Shown: one piece after another, positions 28,580 to 38,760 of the stretch | Position numbering within the stretch: position 1 is the first letter of the stretch | Layout of the letters: the number at the start of each line of letters is the position of its first letter | Assembly (NCBI GenBank): GCA_934183305.1 | Contig: CAKPSF010000004.1 | Coordinates: forward strand, 2,002-66,001 | From: an uncultured Clostridia bacterium | GTDB lineage: Bacteria; Bacillota; Clostridia; TANB77; CAG-508 | Length of the DNA stretch: 64,000 nt | Reading direction: 5' to 3' | Notes under the pieces: generated by a model | Database searches by the model: none | Seen by the model: only the letters and a program-made list of their open reading frames with translations | What the model was told of the DNA's origin: nothing | Translations under genes and position numbers: made by a program

Positions 28580-29650
28580 TTATTGTTTATTTGTTTTCTT
28601 TTTTTCCTCGTTTTCTAATTTTAATTTATCATTATGATATTCCTCTGAGTCTTTATACCAATTAGAATATTCAGGATCGTTTTTTCTATTTGGAATATTA
28701 TATTTTTCCTGAATTATTTTTCCTAGATATTCGCTGACTTTCTCTGCCCCATACACATTCAAATGATCTCCTGCATCTGCCGTATCTGTTTTCCAGTCAA
28801 AGCCAAATTCCTTATAATTTAAATTCATATCTATAAATTCTAAATTATGTTTATCTGCAAATTCTTGAGTCTTTTCACTTAAATCATATGACCAAGATTC
28901 TGCTGATGGTATTTCTATCAATAATAATTTTATATCATTGTCTTTACATAATTTAACCATTTTTTCAAGATATTTAGAACATTTTTCACCTATTTTTTCA
29001 TTTTCGTGTTCTTTGTTCATATAGTCTTTTGAAACATCGTCAAACGGTTCAATAGTAGTAACTAATTCCATACCTTTATGTGAATATCTTTTATTTTCAA
29101 AAGCTTTGGTAAAATCTTCGTCTGTCAATTCTGACCATCTTGAATGAAATCTTAATGCTGGAAAAACGTAGCTAGCAATATCATTTTTTGAATTTTTAAA
29201 TACCGGATCAACAACTGCCTTTATTTTATTTGGACCAAATTTCATATTGTCTAAAGCTTTTCTATAATTGCTTTCACTACTCTTGCTTTCATTAAATGCT
29301 GAGTCCATATTTAAAACTATTAGTTCTGGCTTTTGATATTTCAAGCATTCTTCCATTAAATAATATGCTGTCCACATTCTTTGTCCTGAAGAAACAAAAT
29401 TATAGCTTGCAATTCCATATTCGTCCCACATTTTTATTGGTGATATTCCTCTATAAACATCACTGTTTCCCATAAATACAACATCTAAAGAATTTTTAGG
29501 CTCATTATAAAATCCTTTTATTATATAAGTCATTCTATTATCTTTTGATGTTGTCCATTTTGGCATTAATACTTTCCCAGCAACGTAAAGTAATAGAAGT
29601 CCAATTAGAACAAAACACATAATTTTTATTATTATCTTTTTAGTATTCAT
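28580..29650 (-). CDS. DltD-like / SGNH-fold protein of a dlt-like O-acylation operon.
   Basis: 356 aa. N-terminal TM anchor, extracytoplasmic domain. Sits immediately downstream of an MBOAT and a carrier protein. Confidence 0.5.
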   Translation of the reverse strand: MNTKKIIIKIMCFVLIGLLLLYVAGKVLMPKWTTSKDNRMTYIIKGFYNEPKNSLDVVFMGNSDVYRGISPIKMWDEYGIASYNFVSSGQRMWTAYYLMEECLKYQKPELIVLNMDSAFNESKSSESNYRKALDNMKFGPNKIKAVVDPVFKNSKNDIASYVFPALRFHSRWSELTDEDFTKAFENKRYSHKGMELVTTIEPFDDVSKDYMNKEHENEKIGEKCSKYLEKMVKLCKDNDIKLLLIEIPSAESWSYDLSEKTQEFADKHNLEFIDMNLNYKEFGFDWKTDTADAGDHLNVYGAEKVSEYLGKIIQEKYNIPNRKNDPEYSNWYKDSEEYHNDKLKLENEEKKKTNKQ

Positions 29651-29665
29651 ATCTTAATCCCTCTT

Positions 29666-31252
29666 TTAAAATTGACCATAAATAAATGAGCTTGCTGAAT
29701 ATCCTCTACCATATATTCCAAATAATATAATTGAGAACAATATTCCATAATATAAAATCCATCTAAATATAATGTTTTGTTTACTTATTTTTTCTCTTAT
29801 ATTATAATTTTTCTCTTGAAGTAAACTTACAACAAACATAATAAGTACTCCAATAGCAAGCACTATAAAATCACTTGTTTTAAATCCAATATTAAATAAT
29901 TGACCATTAAATAGTTTTTCTATGTTTTCAAATGTAAATATAGATTTAAATATATTCCATGCATCTTTTAATCTATGTGCTCTAAATATTAGCATTCCTA
30001 TTAAAACAATAGTAGTAGTCCTAATCATTTGCCACAATCTATATCCAAAAGCTTTGGTATTAATTTTGAATTTTTCTATTATTTTATTAAATATTGGTTC
30101 TAATAACATTCCAAGCATAGTTAATATATAATAATATAAACCGTAGAAAATATATTTCCAACTAGCTCCGTGCCATATTCCATTTCCAAACCATACAAAA
30201 AATAACGCAAAAGCCGCTGGTATTAATTTGCCAATATAACATTTAAATATCTTTTTTGACCAAGTTGTTAAATTAATACATGCTTTTGAAAATGATATAG
30301 GATAAAAAACATATTCTCTAAGCCAAGCTCCAAGTGTTATATGCCACCTTCTCCAAAACTCTTGAATATTTTTTGAAAAAAATGGTCTTTTAAAGTTTTC
30401 GGCCATTGTAACTCCAAATATTTGTCCTACGCCTCTTACAATATCAATGCACCCTGAAAATTCAGCATATATTTGTACTGTATAAAGTATCACTGCCATA
30501 ACAATTACTATTCCACTATAATTTGAATAGTTCCCAAATACCTCATTAACATATATTGCTGCTCTATCTGCAATAACAAGTTTTTTAAAGAATCCCCAAA
30601 GCATTAATTGAATTGCAAACTTAATTCTTTTATAATCAAATTTATGTGGTTCATATAATTGTTCTGCTAATTCATCAAATTTCCCAATAGGTCCTTCTAA
30701 CATTTGAGGAAAAAATGACACAAATAATGCAACTTTTCCAAAATTTTTCTCAGCTTTATATTTTCCCCTATATACATCTACCACATAACTTATTGCCTGT
30801 AATGTATAATATGATATTCCTAATGGTAAAATTATCTTTCTTAATGGTATACTGTAATTAATATTAACTAAATTAAGCAAGTTGTTTATATTTTTACTTA
30901 AGAAATTGCCATACTTCAAAAATACTAAAATGCCAAAATTAATAATTATTGTTAAAATTAATATTATTTTTTTATTCTTGGCAGCTGTTTTCTTTAGTTT
31001 CTTTTTTATTTCTTTTTCTTGTCCATCGCATTTTATTTTTGTTTTAGCATCTATATTGCTCATTGCTAATGCTGCAAAGTATATAGATATTGTTGTAATT
31101 ATTAAAAATATAGTAAGTTTAGAACTTGATAAAAAATAATATATGTAACTCGCTAAGAGTAAAATTAGCCATTTTATTTTTTTAGGCACAGCAAAATAAA
31201 TTAAACCTACTATTGCTATAAATGCTAAAAATTGTAATGAAATTATTGCCAT
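29666..31252 (-). CDS. MBOAT family membrane O-acyltransferase (DltB/AlgI-like).
   Basis: 528 aa. Conserved MBOAT His region WRRWHITLGAWLREY. Confidence 0.8.
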   Translation of the reverse strand: MAIISLQFLAFIAIVGLIYFAVPKKIKWLILLLASYIYYFLSSSKLTIFLIITTISIYFAALAMSNIDAKTKIKCDGQEKEIKKKLKKTAAKNKKIILILTIIINFGILVFLKYGNFLSKNINNLLNLVNINYSIPLRKIILPLGISYYTLQAISYVVDVYRGKYKAEKNFGKVALFVSFFPQMLEGPIGKFDELAEQLYEPHKFDYKRIKFAIQLMLWGFFKKLVIADRAAIYVNEVFGNYSNYSGIVIVMAVILYTVQIYAEFSGCIDIVRGVGQIFGVTMAENFKRPFFSKNIQEFWRRWHITLGAWLREYVFYPISFSKACINLTTWSKKIFKCYIGKLIPAAFALFFVWFGNGIWHGASWKYIFYGLYYYILTMLGMLLEPIFNKIIEKFKINTKAFGYRLWQMIRTTTIVLIGMLIFRAHRLKDAWNIFKSIFTFENIEKLFNGQLFNIGFKTSDFIVLAIGVLIMFVVSLLQEKNYNIREKISKQNIIFRWILYYGILFSIILFGIYGRGYSASSFIYGQF

Positions 31253-31272
31253 AACTATCCCCCGTTTTATAT

Positions 31273-31500
31273 TTATTCTTCTGATAATCTTTGTACTAGT
31301 TTATATATAGCTTCTGCCGAATTAAAGTTTTCTGGCAAAATATCTTTTGCAGTAATTTGCACATCAAATTCATCATCAAGTGCTGCAACCAATGTTACAA
31401 TATCAAATGAATCAAGAATTTCATCATCAATTAAATTATTATTATTTTTAAAATCAACACCTGGTTTAACCTTTTCTAAAACTTTAAATAAATCTTCCAT
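31273..31500 (-). CDS. D-alanyl carrier protein-like (DltC-like) acyl carrier protein.
   Basis: 75 aa. Phosphopantetheine-attachment motif LDSFDIV. Confidence 0.7.
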   Translation of the reverse strand: MEDLFKVLEKVKPGVDFKNNNNLIDDEILDSFDIVTLVAALDDEFDVQITAKDILPENFNSAEAIYKLVQRLSEE

Positions 31501-31503
31501 CTT

Positions 31504-33022
31504 TTATTCTTCCTTTCTTAACATATTTTTTAAATTCACTCTATCAATTTTGCCATTTGCATTATAAGGCATTCTTGGCAATTTAATAATATTATTTGGG
31601 CACATATATGCTGGTACTTTGTTCTTTATTTCATTTAATACATCATTTTCTTCAAGTTCATCTCCTTGATAAAATAATACTATTTTTGAATTTTCGGAAT
31701 CATATACGCAAGCGCATATAATAACTCCATCTATATTATTGGCAGCATTTTCTATTTCTCCCAACTCTATTCTGTACCCCATATGTTTAATCTGAAAATC
31801 TTTTCTTGATAAATAAATCAGTTCACCTTTTTCGTTATATTTTACAATATCTCCTGTTTTATAAACAATTTCCGAATAGTTTTTGTTTAACGGATTTTGT
31901 ACAAACACTGATGCTGTTTTTTCAGGATTATTATAATAGCCTAAAGCTAGAAAAGATCCTCTGACACACAATTCTCCTTCTTCTCCATTCAATGCTTCAG
32001 TTCCATCTTCTTTTACAATCATTACATCACAATTATTGCATGCATGTCCTATTGGAAGGCTTTCTGTATTTTCAAATTTTCTATCCACTATGTAATAAGT
32101 ACATATATCTGTGGTTTCTGTCGGTCCAAATAAGTTTGCAAACATTGCATTAGGCAATTTATCAATCCACATATTTAATTGTTTTACTGGCATTACTTCT
32201 CCAGCAAATAATATTTTCTTCAAATTAGGTAATTTTACTTCTTCTAGAGCTTTAAAATTTGCAACAATGCAAAGAGCAGAAGGTACCCAATAAATAGTAT
32301 TTATTTTCTTCTCATTAATAAAATCCAGTAATTTGATCGGAAACGAAAAGAACATTTTTGGTATTATATAAAATGTCGCTCCTGATAATATAGTTGAAAA
32401 CACATCTGTTATTGACATACTAAAATAAAATGGTGTTTGACTTCCCCATATTGTTTGATCTGTAATGTTAAATGTTTTTGTAACCCAATTAGCATAACTA
32501 ATTACAGCTTTATGTGATATAACAGTTCCTTTTGGAACACCAGTAGAACCTGATGTGAATAACACATACATTGGATCTGTATCTATCATTTTATTTCTTA
32601 TGTATTCTAATTTATCTTCATCAATTTGCGTATTTATCATTTCTTCATATATACAAATATTGTTTTCTATTCCCAAATCCTTGACTTTGTGTATGTTTTT
32701 ATTGTCTGTTATTATTGTTATTGGTTCTAATGTATTTAATATCAGATTAATTCTTTCTCTTGGAGATTTTGTATCAATTATTGTATAAAAATTACCACTG
32801 TATAATACTCCAAACATGCTTTCTAGGCAAGCAACAGATTTATCTATAAATATCGCTATTGGTTTGTTTCTACTTCCTTTATTACTTAAAGTTGTGCCTA
32901 TTTTTTTAGCATTCTTTAAGAATTCTTTGTATGTCACTTCTCTTCCGTGTATCAGCAAATGCTAATTTTGAACTATATTTTTTTTCAGTATTTTCTAAAT
33001 ACTCTAATATATTTTTCAACAC
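31504..33022 (-). pseudogene. DltA-like carrier-protein ligase (AMP-binding enzyme) with a 1-nt frameshift at CGG (plus 32945-32947) near codon 28.
   Basis: Annotated ORF 31504-32958 (TTG start) carries FTSGSTGVPKG. The upstream frame (GTG 33022, strong AAGGGGGAAAGG Shine-Dalgarno) reads VLKNILEYLENTEKKYSSKLAFADT-R... then stops. Deleting the C of ACA-CGG-AAG gives ...KLAFADTGREVTYKEFLKNAKKIG, a typical DltA N-terminus. Confidence 0.6.
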
Positions 33023-33097
33023 TTTCCTTTCCCCCTTTATTATAAAAACAGTTAGAGTATATCACTTTGCCCGTTAAAAAGCAATAGTTATAAAATC

Positions 33098-33796
33098 TTA
33101 TATTAAACAAATAAATGCTAATATCATTATTTTTATAATATTCATACTTATTTGATAATAATTCATAAATGGTATTCCAAGTTTATTTACTCTTTCATAT
33201 TCTTTTAATAATTTTTGTTCTTCTTCTTTATTTAATAGCTTATTTTCTTCAATATATTCTTTTGCTATAAATGTTGCTTTTGTCATTGCCTCATTTTCTA
33301 AGCTATATCTTATTATATATTGTATTAGGCTTGCAAAAACAAAAGCTATTATAAATATATTTGTATAAGGTAATTTGTTTAATATCGCAAAAACACTTGT
33401 AATAATCCAAAATAATAAATAGATATTAGTAAATATGAAATTTGCCCATAATGTTACTTTATTTTGAGAAGCATGTATACATTCATGTGCAATGGTTTGA
33501 GGTTTCATATATTCTTCTTTGAATCTTCCAATTGTAATAGTATTATTAAATATTGTATACAAACAAGAACTATATTCCGGTTCTATATTTACTTTAACAT
33601 TTTTGCAATCCAGTTTTCTTAGTATATCTTCGCACATATCCTTTTCATTTACTTTGGATAATTTATCTGTAATATTACTTAAATCATCATTTGTTTTTAT
33701 ATTAAGTTTCTTCAATTCTTTAAAGTTTATATTTAAAAATATTTTTAGTAAAATTAATGTTATTACACCTGTTAGTATTATTGATATTTCAAACAT
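33098..33796 (-). CDS. Membrane protein with an HExxH zinc-metallopeptidase-like motif.
   Basis: 232 aa. Motif HECIH between TM segments. Confidence 0.35.
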   Translation of the reverse strand: MFEISIILTGVITLILLKIFLNINFKELKKLNIKTNDDLSNITDKLSKVNEKDMCEDILRKLDCKNVKVNIEPEYSSCLYTIFNNTITIGRFKEEYMKPQTIAHECIHASQNKVTLWANFIFTNIYLLFWIITSVFAILNKLPYTNIFIIAFVFASLIQYIIRYSLENEAMTKATFIAKEYIEENKLLNKEEEQKLLKEYERVNKLGIPFMNYYQISMNIIKIMILAFICLI

Positions 33797-33866
33797 GATA
33801 TTCCTCCTATATAAAATTTAAGACAAGTATATAACTTAAAATAAACTTGTCTATAAATTTAATAAA

Positions 33867-34202
33867 CTATTCAATTATATCTTTTACTGCTTCCCCAATT
33901 ATTTTATTAACATCAGCAAGCAATATATTAAATTTAAACTCTGCATCAAAATATTCTTTTACATTTTCTTTTGATAAAAGTTCAGTATATACTTCTTGTA
34001 ATTCTTTTTCCTTTTCTTTATTTGCTTCTAAGCCCTGCATTGCTGAAATTTGAACTTCATATCTTAATGTTTCAAATTTTTTAATTTTTTCATTAACCTC
34101 AGTATTTGTTTTTACTAACTCTTTATATTTTCTATAGTTTTTAAACTCATCTGAATATTTTATCTCTTGTGCCAATTTATTTGCAGTATCATATACGTTC
34201 AT
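33867..34202 (-). CDS. YlbF/YmcA (RicA/RicF) family regulatory protein.
   Basis: 111 aa helical protein with a UPF0342-like sequence. Confidence 0.6.
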   Translation of the reverse strand: MNVYDTANKLAQEIKYSDEFKNYRKYKELVKTNTEVNEKIKKFETLRYEVQISAMQGLEANKEKEKELQEVYTELLSKENVKEYFDAEFKFNILLADVNKIIGEAVKDIIE

Positions 34203-34303
34203 TCTTTCCTCCTGATTTTCTTAGTAAATTTTAAGACTACAATTTGTATTTTGCAGAATTTTATACGCAACTTGACAACGCAAGATGAAGTTTTTCATTT
34301 ATT

Positions 34304-35596
34304 TTAGGCGTATGCTTGACGTTTTCTAAATTCCAGCAACTTACTAACCTCTTTTTCTTCGCCTTTCATTTTTTTCACTTTAGATGCTTTTTCTTGTGCT
34401 ATTTGTTTTGCTTGACGTGCAGCCATTGTTTCACAAATTGCTTTTTGGTATGCAAAATGCGTATCTTGTGCTATTTTAGTCCAATTATATAATTCTTTTA
34501 CTTTATTCTTTGCATTTTTTGAAATTTCATTACATAATTTATGGTCAAATAATAATGTTAATATTGAATCTGCTATTGAATTACTGTTTCCTGCATAGCT
34601 TTTCATTCCATTTACGCCATGTTCTACAATTTCATTTAAGCCACCAATATCTGAAACTACAATTGGATTTCCAGCAAGCATTCCTTCAAGTGCTACTATT
34701 CCAAATGGTTCATAAGTACTTGGAAATACTGCTATATCAGCACATTTATATAATTTACATAACGATTTGTGATCCATATAGCCTGTAAAATATACTTTAT
34801 TCCCTAGTCCTAAATATTCAACTTCAGATTTTAGTTCGTCAATCATTCCGCCTTTTCCAGCAATTATAAGTTTTGCGTCATGATAGTTTTGTAGTATTTT
34901 AGGCATCGCTCCAATTAAATATTGGACACCCTTTTCATAAACAAGTCTTCCTGCATAAAGTATTATTTTTTCATTATCTGATGCATAATTTCTTCTAAAA
35001 TCATAATCTCTTTCGATTCCACTATACATTGTTAAGTTTACACCATTAGGTATTACATTTATTTTTTCAAATGGCAAACCAAAGTTTCTTTGCAATTCAC
35101 ATTTCATGTAATTACTGTTAACAATTACCTCGTTTGCTTCATATGTAAGCATCCATTCTGTATCGTTTATATATCTTTGAGTTTCATCATGTATACCACT
35201 ATTTCTTCCAGCTTCAGTTGCATGAATTGTTGCAACTATTGGAATATCATATGAATTTTTTAATGATTTTGCGGCATATGCAACTAACCAATCATGAGCA
35301 TGTATAACATCAAATTTTCCTTCTTTGTTTATTATCTCATTTGCTTTAGCTAATAAATTAAAGTTCATTTGCATAATCCAATCAATAAAATTATTTGGAT
35401 TTATCATGTAGTTATCTACTCTATATACTTTAACGCCTTTATCATCTTCAAAGTATGGTAAATTTCCTTCTCTATATGTAATTACAGTAACTTCGTGTCC
35501 ATCTTTTATTAATCTTTTTGATAAATCATGGACAACTCTAGCAATTCCCCCAACAATTCTTGGTGGATATTCCCATGTTAGCATTAGTATTTTCAT
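34304..35596 (-). CDS. Glycosyltransferase family 4.
   Basis: 430 aa. GT-B fold with an EX7E-like C-terminal domain (FPSTYEPFGIVALEGM). Confidence 0.75.
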   Translation of the reverse strand: MKILMLTWEYPPRIVGGIARVVHDLSKRLIKDGHEVTVITYREGNLPYFEDDKGVKVYRVDNYMINPNNFIDWIMQMNFNLLAKANEIINKEGKFDVIHAHDWLVAYAAKSLKNSYDIPIVATIHATEAGRNSGIHDETQRYINDTEWMLTYEANEVIVNSNYMKCELQRNFGLPFEKINVIPNGVNLTMYSGIERDYDFRRNYASDNEKIILYAGRLVYEKGVQYLIGAMPKILQNYHDAKLIIAGKGGMIDELKSEVEYLGLGNKVYFTGYMDHKSLCKLYKCADIAVFPSTYEPFGIVALEGMLAGNPIVVSDIGGLNEIVEHGVNGMKSYAGNSNSIADSILTLLFDHKLCNEISKNAKNKVKELYNWTKIAQDTHFAYQKAICETMAARQAKQIAQEKASKVKKMKGEEKEVSKLLEFRKRQAYA

Positions 35597-35704
35597 TTAA
35601 CAAATGCTCCTTTCAAACCTTCTTTTGTTATCTAATATATTCTATACAAAATGAATTAAAAAGTAAATATAAAAATGCAAAATTTTGTAAAATTTTTTCA
35701 AAAT

Positions 35705-35736
35705 ATAAAGAACAAAGTAATCTTTGTTCTTTATAT
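35705..35736 (-). terminator. Rho-independent terminator of galE.
   Basis: AAAGAACAAAG and CTTTGTTCTTT form an 11-bp stem with T-runs. Confidence 0.55.
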
Positions 35737-35741
35737 TTTAT

Positions 35742-36746
35742 CTATTTATTATTTTTTATATAATTCCATGAATCTCTGCACATATCTTCTAGCGTCTTCT
35801 TAGTTTTCCAGTTTAATTCTTTTTCAGCTTTTGTTGCATCTGCATATGTTGTAGCTAAATCTCCTGCTCTCCTTGATACAATTTTGTATGGAATCTTTAC
35901 ATTATTAACTTTTTCAAATGTATTTATCATTTCAAGTACGCTATGTCCAATCCCACTTCCTAAATTATATACATAAACTCCTGTTTTTTCTTTCTTAAGT
36001 TTTTCTAAGGCTTTTATATGTCCTTCTGCTAAGTCAACAACATGAATATAATCCCTTACACCTGTACCATCTGGAGTATCGTAATCATTTCCGAATACTG
36101 ATAATTCTTTTAGCTCTCCTACTGCAACTTTTTGTATATATGGCATTAAATTATTAGGTATTCCATTTGGATTATCTCCTATTAAGTGGCTTTCATGTGC
36201 TCCAACAGGGTTAAAATATCTAAGTATATAAATTTTCCAATCATTATCTGAAAAATATACATCCTCCAATATTTTTTCTATAATAGCTTTTGTTGTACCA
36301 TATGGATTAGTAGTTTTTCCTCTTCCCATTTCTTCAACATATTTATATGACTTTTGTTCCCCATAAACCGTAGCAGACGAACTAAACACAATATTTTTGC
36401 AGTTATGTTTTCTCATAACCTTTAAAAGGACTAATGTTCCAGAAATGTTGTTATAATAATATTCTAATGGTTTAGCCACTGATTCCCCAACTGCTTTTAG
36501 CCCTGCAAAGTGAATAACAGATTCAATATTATTCTCTTCAAAAACTTTATTAAGTTTTTCTTCATCTAATATGTCCACTTCATAAAACTTAAAATCTTTT
36601 TTAGTAATTTCTTTGATTCTTTCAAGAACTGTTGGACTGCTATTTATAAAATTGTCTACAATTACAACTTCTTCGTTATTTTTTAATAGTTCAACAACTG
36701 TATGACTTCCAATATATCCTGTACCACCTGTTACTAAAATACTCAT
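35742..36746 (-). CDS. galE: UDP-glucose 4-epimerase.
   Basis: 334 aa. GGTGYIGSH Rossmann motif and YxxxK region. Confidence 0.9.
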   Translation of the reverse strand: MSILVTGGTGYIGSHTVVELLKNNEEVVIVDNFINSSPTVLERIKEITKKDFKFYEVDILDEEKLNKVFEENNIESVIHFAGLKAVGESVAKPLEYYYNNISGTLVLLKVMRKHNCKNIVFSSSATVYGEQKSYKYVEEMGRGKTTNPYGTTKAIIEKILEDVYFSDNDWKIYILRYFNPVGAHESHLIGDNPNGIPNNLMPYIQKVAVGELKELSVFGNDYDTPDGTGVRDYIHVVDLAEGHIKALEKLKKEKTGVYVYNLGSGIGHSVLEMINTFEKVNNVKIPYKIVSRRAGDLATTYADATKAEKELNWKTKKTLEDMCRDSWNYIKNNK

Positions 36747-36748
36747 TT

Positions 36749-37996
36749 TTACACTCTCCTTTGTATATAATTATTATATAGTTCTATTGCTGTTTTTGGA
36801 CTATCCACCCCTTCAGCATTTTTTACTGGTGCAAAGTCTTCTTCTCTTTTTCCTCTTAGAATTGCTATATTATCAAAATATTTCCATGAATCGAATATAA
36901 ATGTTTCAAACTTATATGCATTAGGTTTTTCAGGTTTTATCAAATTACAATTTTCATCTAAGTAGGGTGCTTTTTTATGTGCAATATGATATGGTAGCTT
37001 TTTATTAGATAATTTTTTTAACGCATTCATACTAAACAAATTGCACATTATATGCGATTCACCATATTTTAGCTCTCCATTATCATTTCTTGCATTTTTC
37101 ATTTCATCAGACATTTCAGAATACTCAATTACTCTGATTTCGTTATCTTTTTTACATATTACTCCAACCTTTTCGTCTGGTGAATTTCTTAAAATGGATT
37201 TTGTAGCAATTTCAACATTACTCATCTCTGCAAGTCCAATTAGTATTGGATCAGCAATTTTCAACAAAATATTATCTATTGAACTTATAAATACCCATTT
37301 AATATTTTTCTTTTCCATATCATCAATGATTTCTTTTTGATACATCGAATTAAATATTCCACCATTTCCATCAGCTGCTTCTTTAATAATTTTATTTTGT
37401 TCAACTATTAATTTTTTATTTTCAGTTATTAAAGGTAAATTATTTTGTTCAAAAAATTTCACAAATTCCTTCGGATAATCAAAATAATTATGTTCTTCAA
37501 AGAACTCTTTAATTTGTTCGTTATTTTCTTTACTAGTCATTATGTACCAAGGAATTATATTATTATATTTCTTATTCTCCGCTTTTAATTTATCAGCTAA
37601 TATTTCAAATAAATATTTGGGTTCAGGTTGAATATCTATTTTGAAAGTTCCTTTAGGTTTATCATACCCAAGTCTTGTTCCTTGTCCGCCAGACATTGTA
37701 ACTAAAGCATATTGATTATTTTTTAATGTTTTTTCTCCTGCTGAGTAATATTTTTTTAATTCTTCAGTTGATAAATGGTCTGTATTTAGAGCCTCAATTT
37801 CTTGGACATTACTTGAATCAACTTTTGCCTTATTATTAAGTTCATTATACAAGTTATCTATTTGTTCAAGATCTAGTCTATCAATTTGTGCATAAATTTT
37901 TTCTTTTTCTGTATCTGTAAAGTTTTTACATAAATCTATAATATGTTCTTGATTATAGTATTCTAATTTTTTATTTATATCTGAAAATTTGTCCAT
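36749..37996 (-). CDS. UDPGP-family (eukaryotic-type) UDP-sugar / UDP-N-acetylhexosamine pyrophosphorylase.
   Basis: 415 aa. LVTMSGGQGTRLGYDKPKG nucleotide-binding loop, typical of the UAP1/USP family. Confidence 0.65.
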   Translation of the reverse strand: MDKFSDINKKLEYYNQEHIIDLCKNFTDTEKEKIYAQIDRLDLEQIDNLYNELNNKAKVDSSNVQEIEALNTDHLSTEELKKYYSAGEKTLKNNQYALVTMSGGQGTRLGYDKPKGTFKIDIQPEPKYLFEILADKLKAENKKYNNIIPWYIMTSKENNEQIKEFFEEHNYFDYPKEFVKFFEQNNLPLITENKKLIVEQNKIIKEAADGNGGIFNSMYQKEIIDDMEKKNIKWVFISSIDNILLKIADPILIGLAEMSNVEIATKSILRNSPDEKVGVICKKDNEIRVIEYSEMSDEMKNARNDNGELKYGESHIMCNLFSMNALKKLSNKKLPYHIAHKKAPYLDENCNLIKPEKPNAYKFETFIFDSWKYFDNIAILRGKREEDFAPVKNAEGVDSPKTAIELYNNYIQRRV

Positions 37997-38000
37997 ATCT

Positions 38001-38735
38001 TTATCCTTTTATTGTGTCAGTATATACTTGCATAGCTTCATCTATATCGCCATCAAATATTAAATTTCCTGTTTGCATTACCATGCCTCTTTTGCAGAAA
38101 TCTTTAGCAGTTTTTGTTGCATGAGTAACATATAATAATGTTATGTTTTCATTATTTAATAGTTCATTAATCTTTTTAATACATTTTCTTCTAAACTCTT
38201 CGTCACCAACGCTTAAAGCTTCATCAACAATTAATATTTCAGGTTCAACGTTTACATTTATAGAAAATCCAAGTCTAGCTTTCATACCGCTCGAATAAGT
38301 TCTAACTGGTTGGTCAATATATTCTTCCAGTTCAGCGAAATTAACAATTGTACCTTCTAACTTTTCTATTTCTTCATTAGCTAATCCTAATATTTGGCCT
38401 TTTAAATAAATATTTTCTCTTCCAGTAAACTCTGGGTCGAAACCAGATGTTAATTCCAAAAGTGCACTTACTCTTCCATTAATAATAATATCTCCACTTG
38501 TTGGATATGCTACTTCAGTAATCATTTTTAATATTGTAGATTTGCCAGCACCATTTTTCCCAAACAAGGCAACAGATTCTCCTTTTTTTATTACGAATGA
38601 TACATTGTTTACTGCTTTTTTAGGTCTATATGGTGTCTTTTTAAAAAATATAGCTTTAAATCTTTGCTTATCATTTTTATATAATTTATATGTCTTACAT
38701 ACATTTTTAAATTCTATTGCAATATCTTTATCCAT
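38001..38735 (-). CDS. tagH: Teichoic-acid / polysaccharide ABC exporter ATP-binding protein (TagH/Wzt-like).
   Basis: 244 aa. Walker A GKNGAGKST, signature SSGMKARL, Walker B ILIVDE. Confidence 0.8.
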   Translation of the reverse strand: MDKDIAIEFKNVCKTYKLYKNDKQRFKAIFFKKTPYRPKKAVNNVSFVIKKGESVALFGKNGAGKSTILKMITEVAYPTSGDIIINGRVSALLELTSGFDPEFTGRENIYLKGQILGLANEEIEKLEGTIVNFAELEEYIDQPVRTYSSGMKARLGFSINVNVEPEILIVDEALSVGDEEFRRKCIKKINELLNNENITLLYVTHATKTAKDFCKRGMVMQTGNLIFDGDIDEAMQVYTDTIKG

Positions 38736-38760
38736 AATTTAACTCTCCTACATTACTTAA

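Noticed and set aside
33821-33852. 8-bp inverted repeat (AGACAAGT and ACTTGTCT) downstream of the ylbF-like gene as a terminator.
   Set aside because: The stem is short with a 16-nt loop and a weak U-tract. Confidence is too low to list as a feature.
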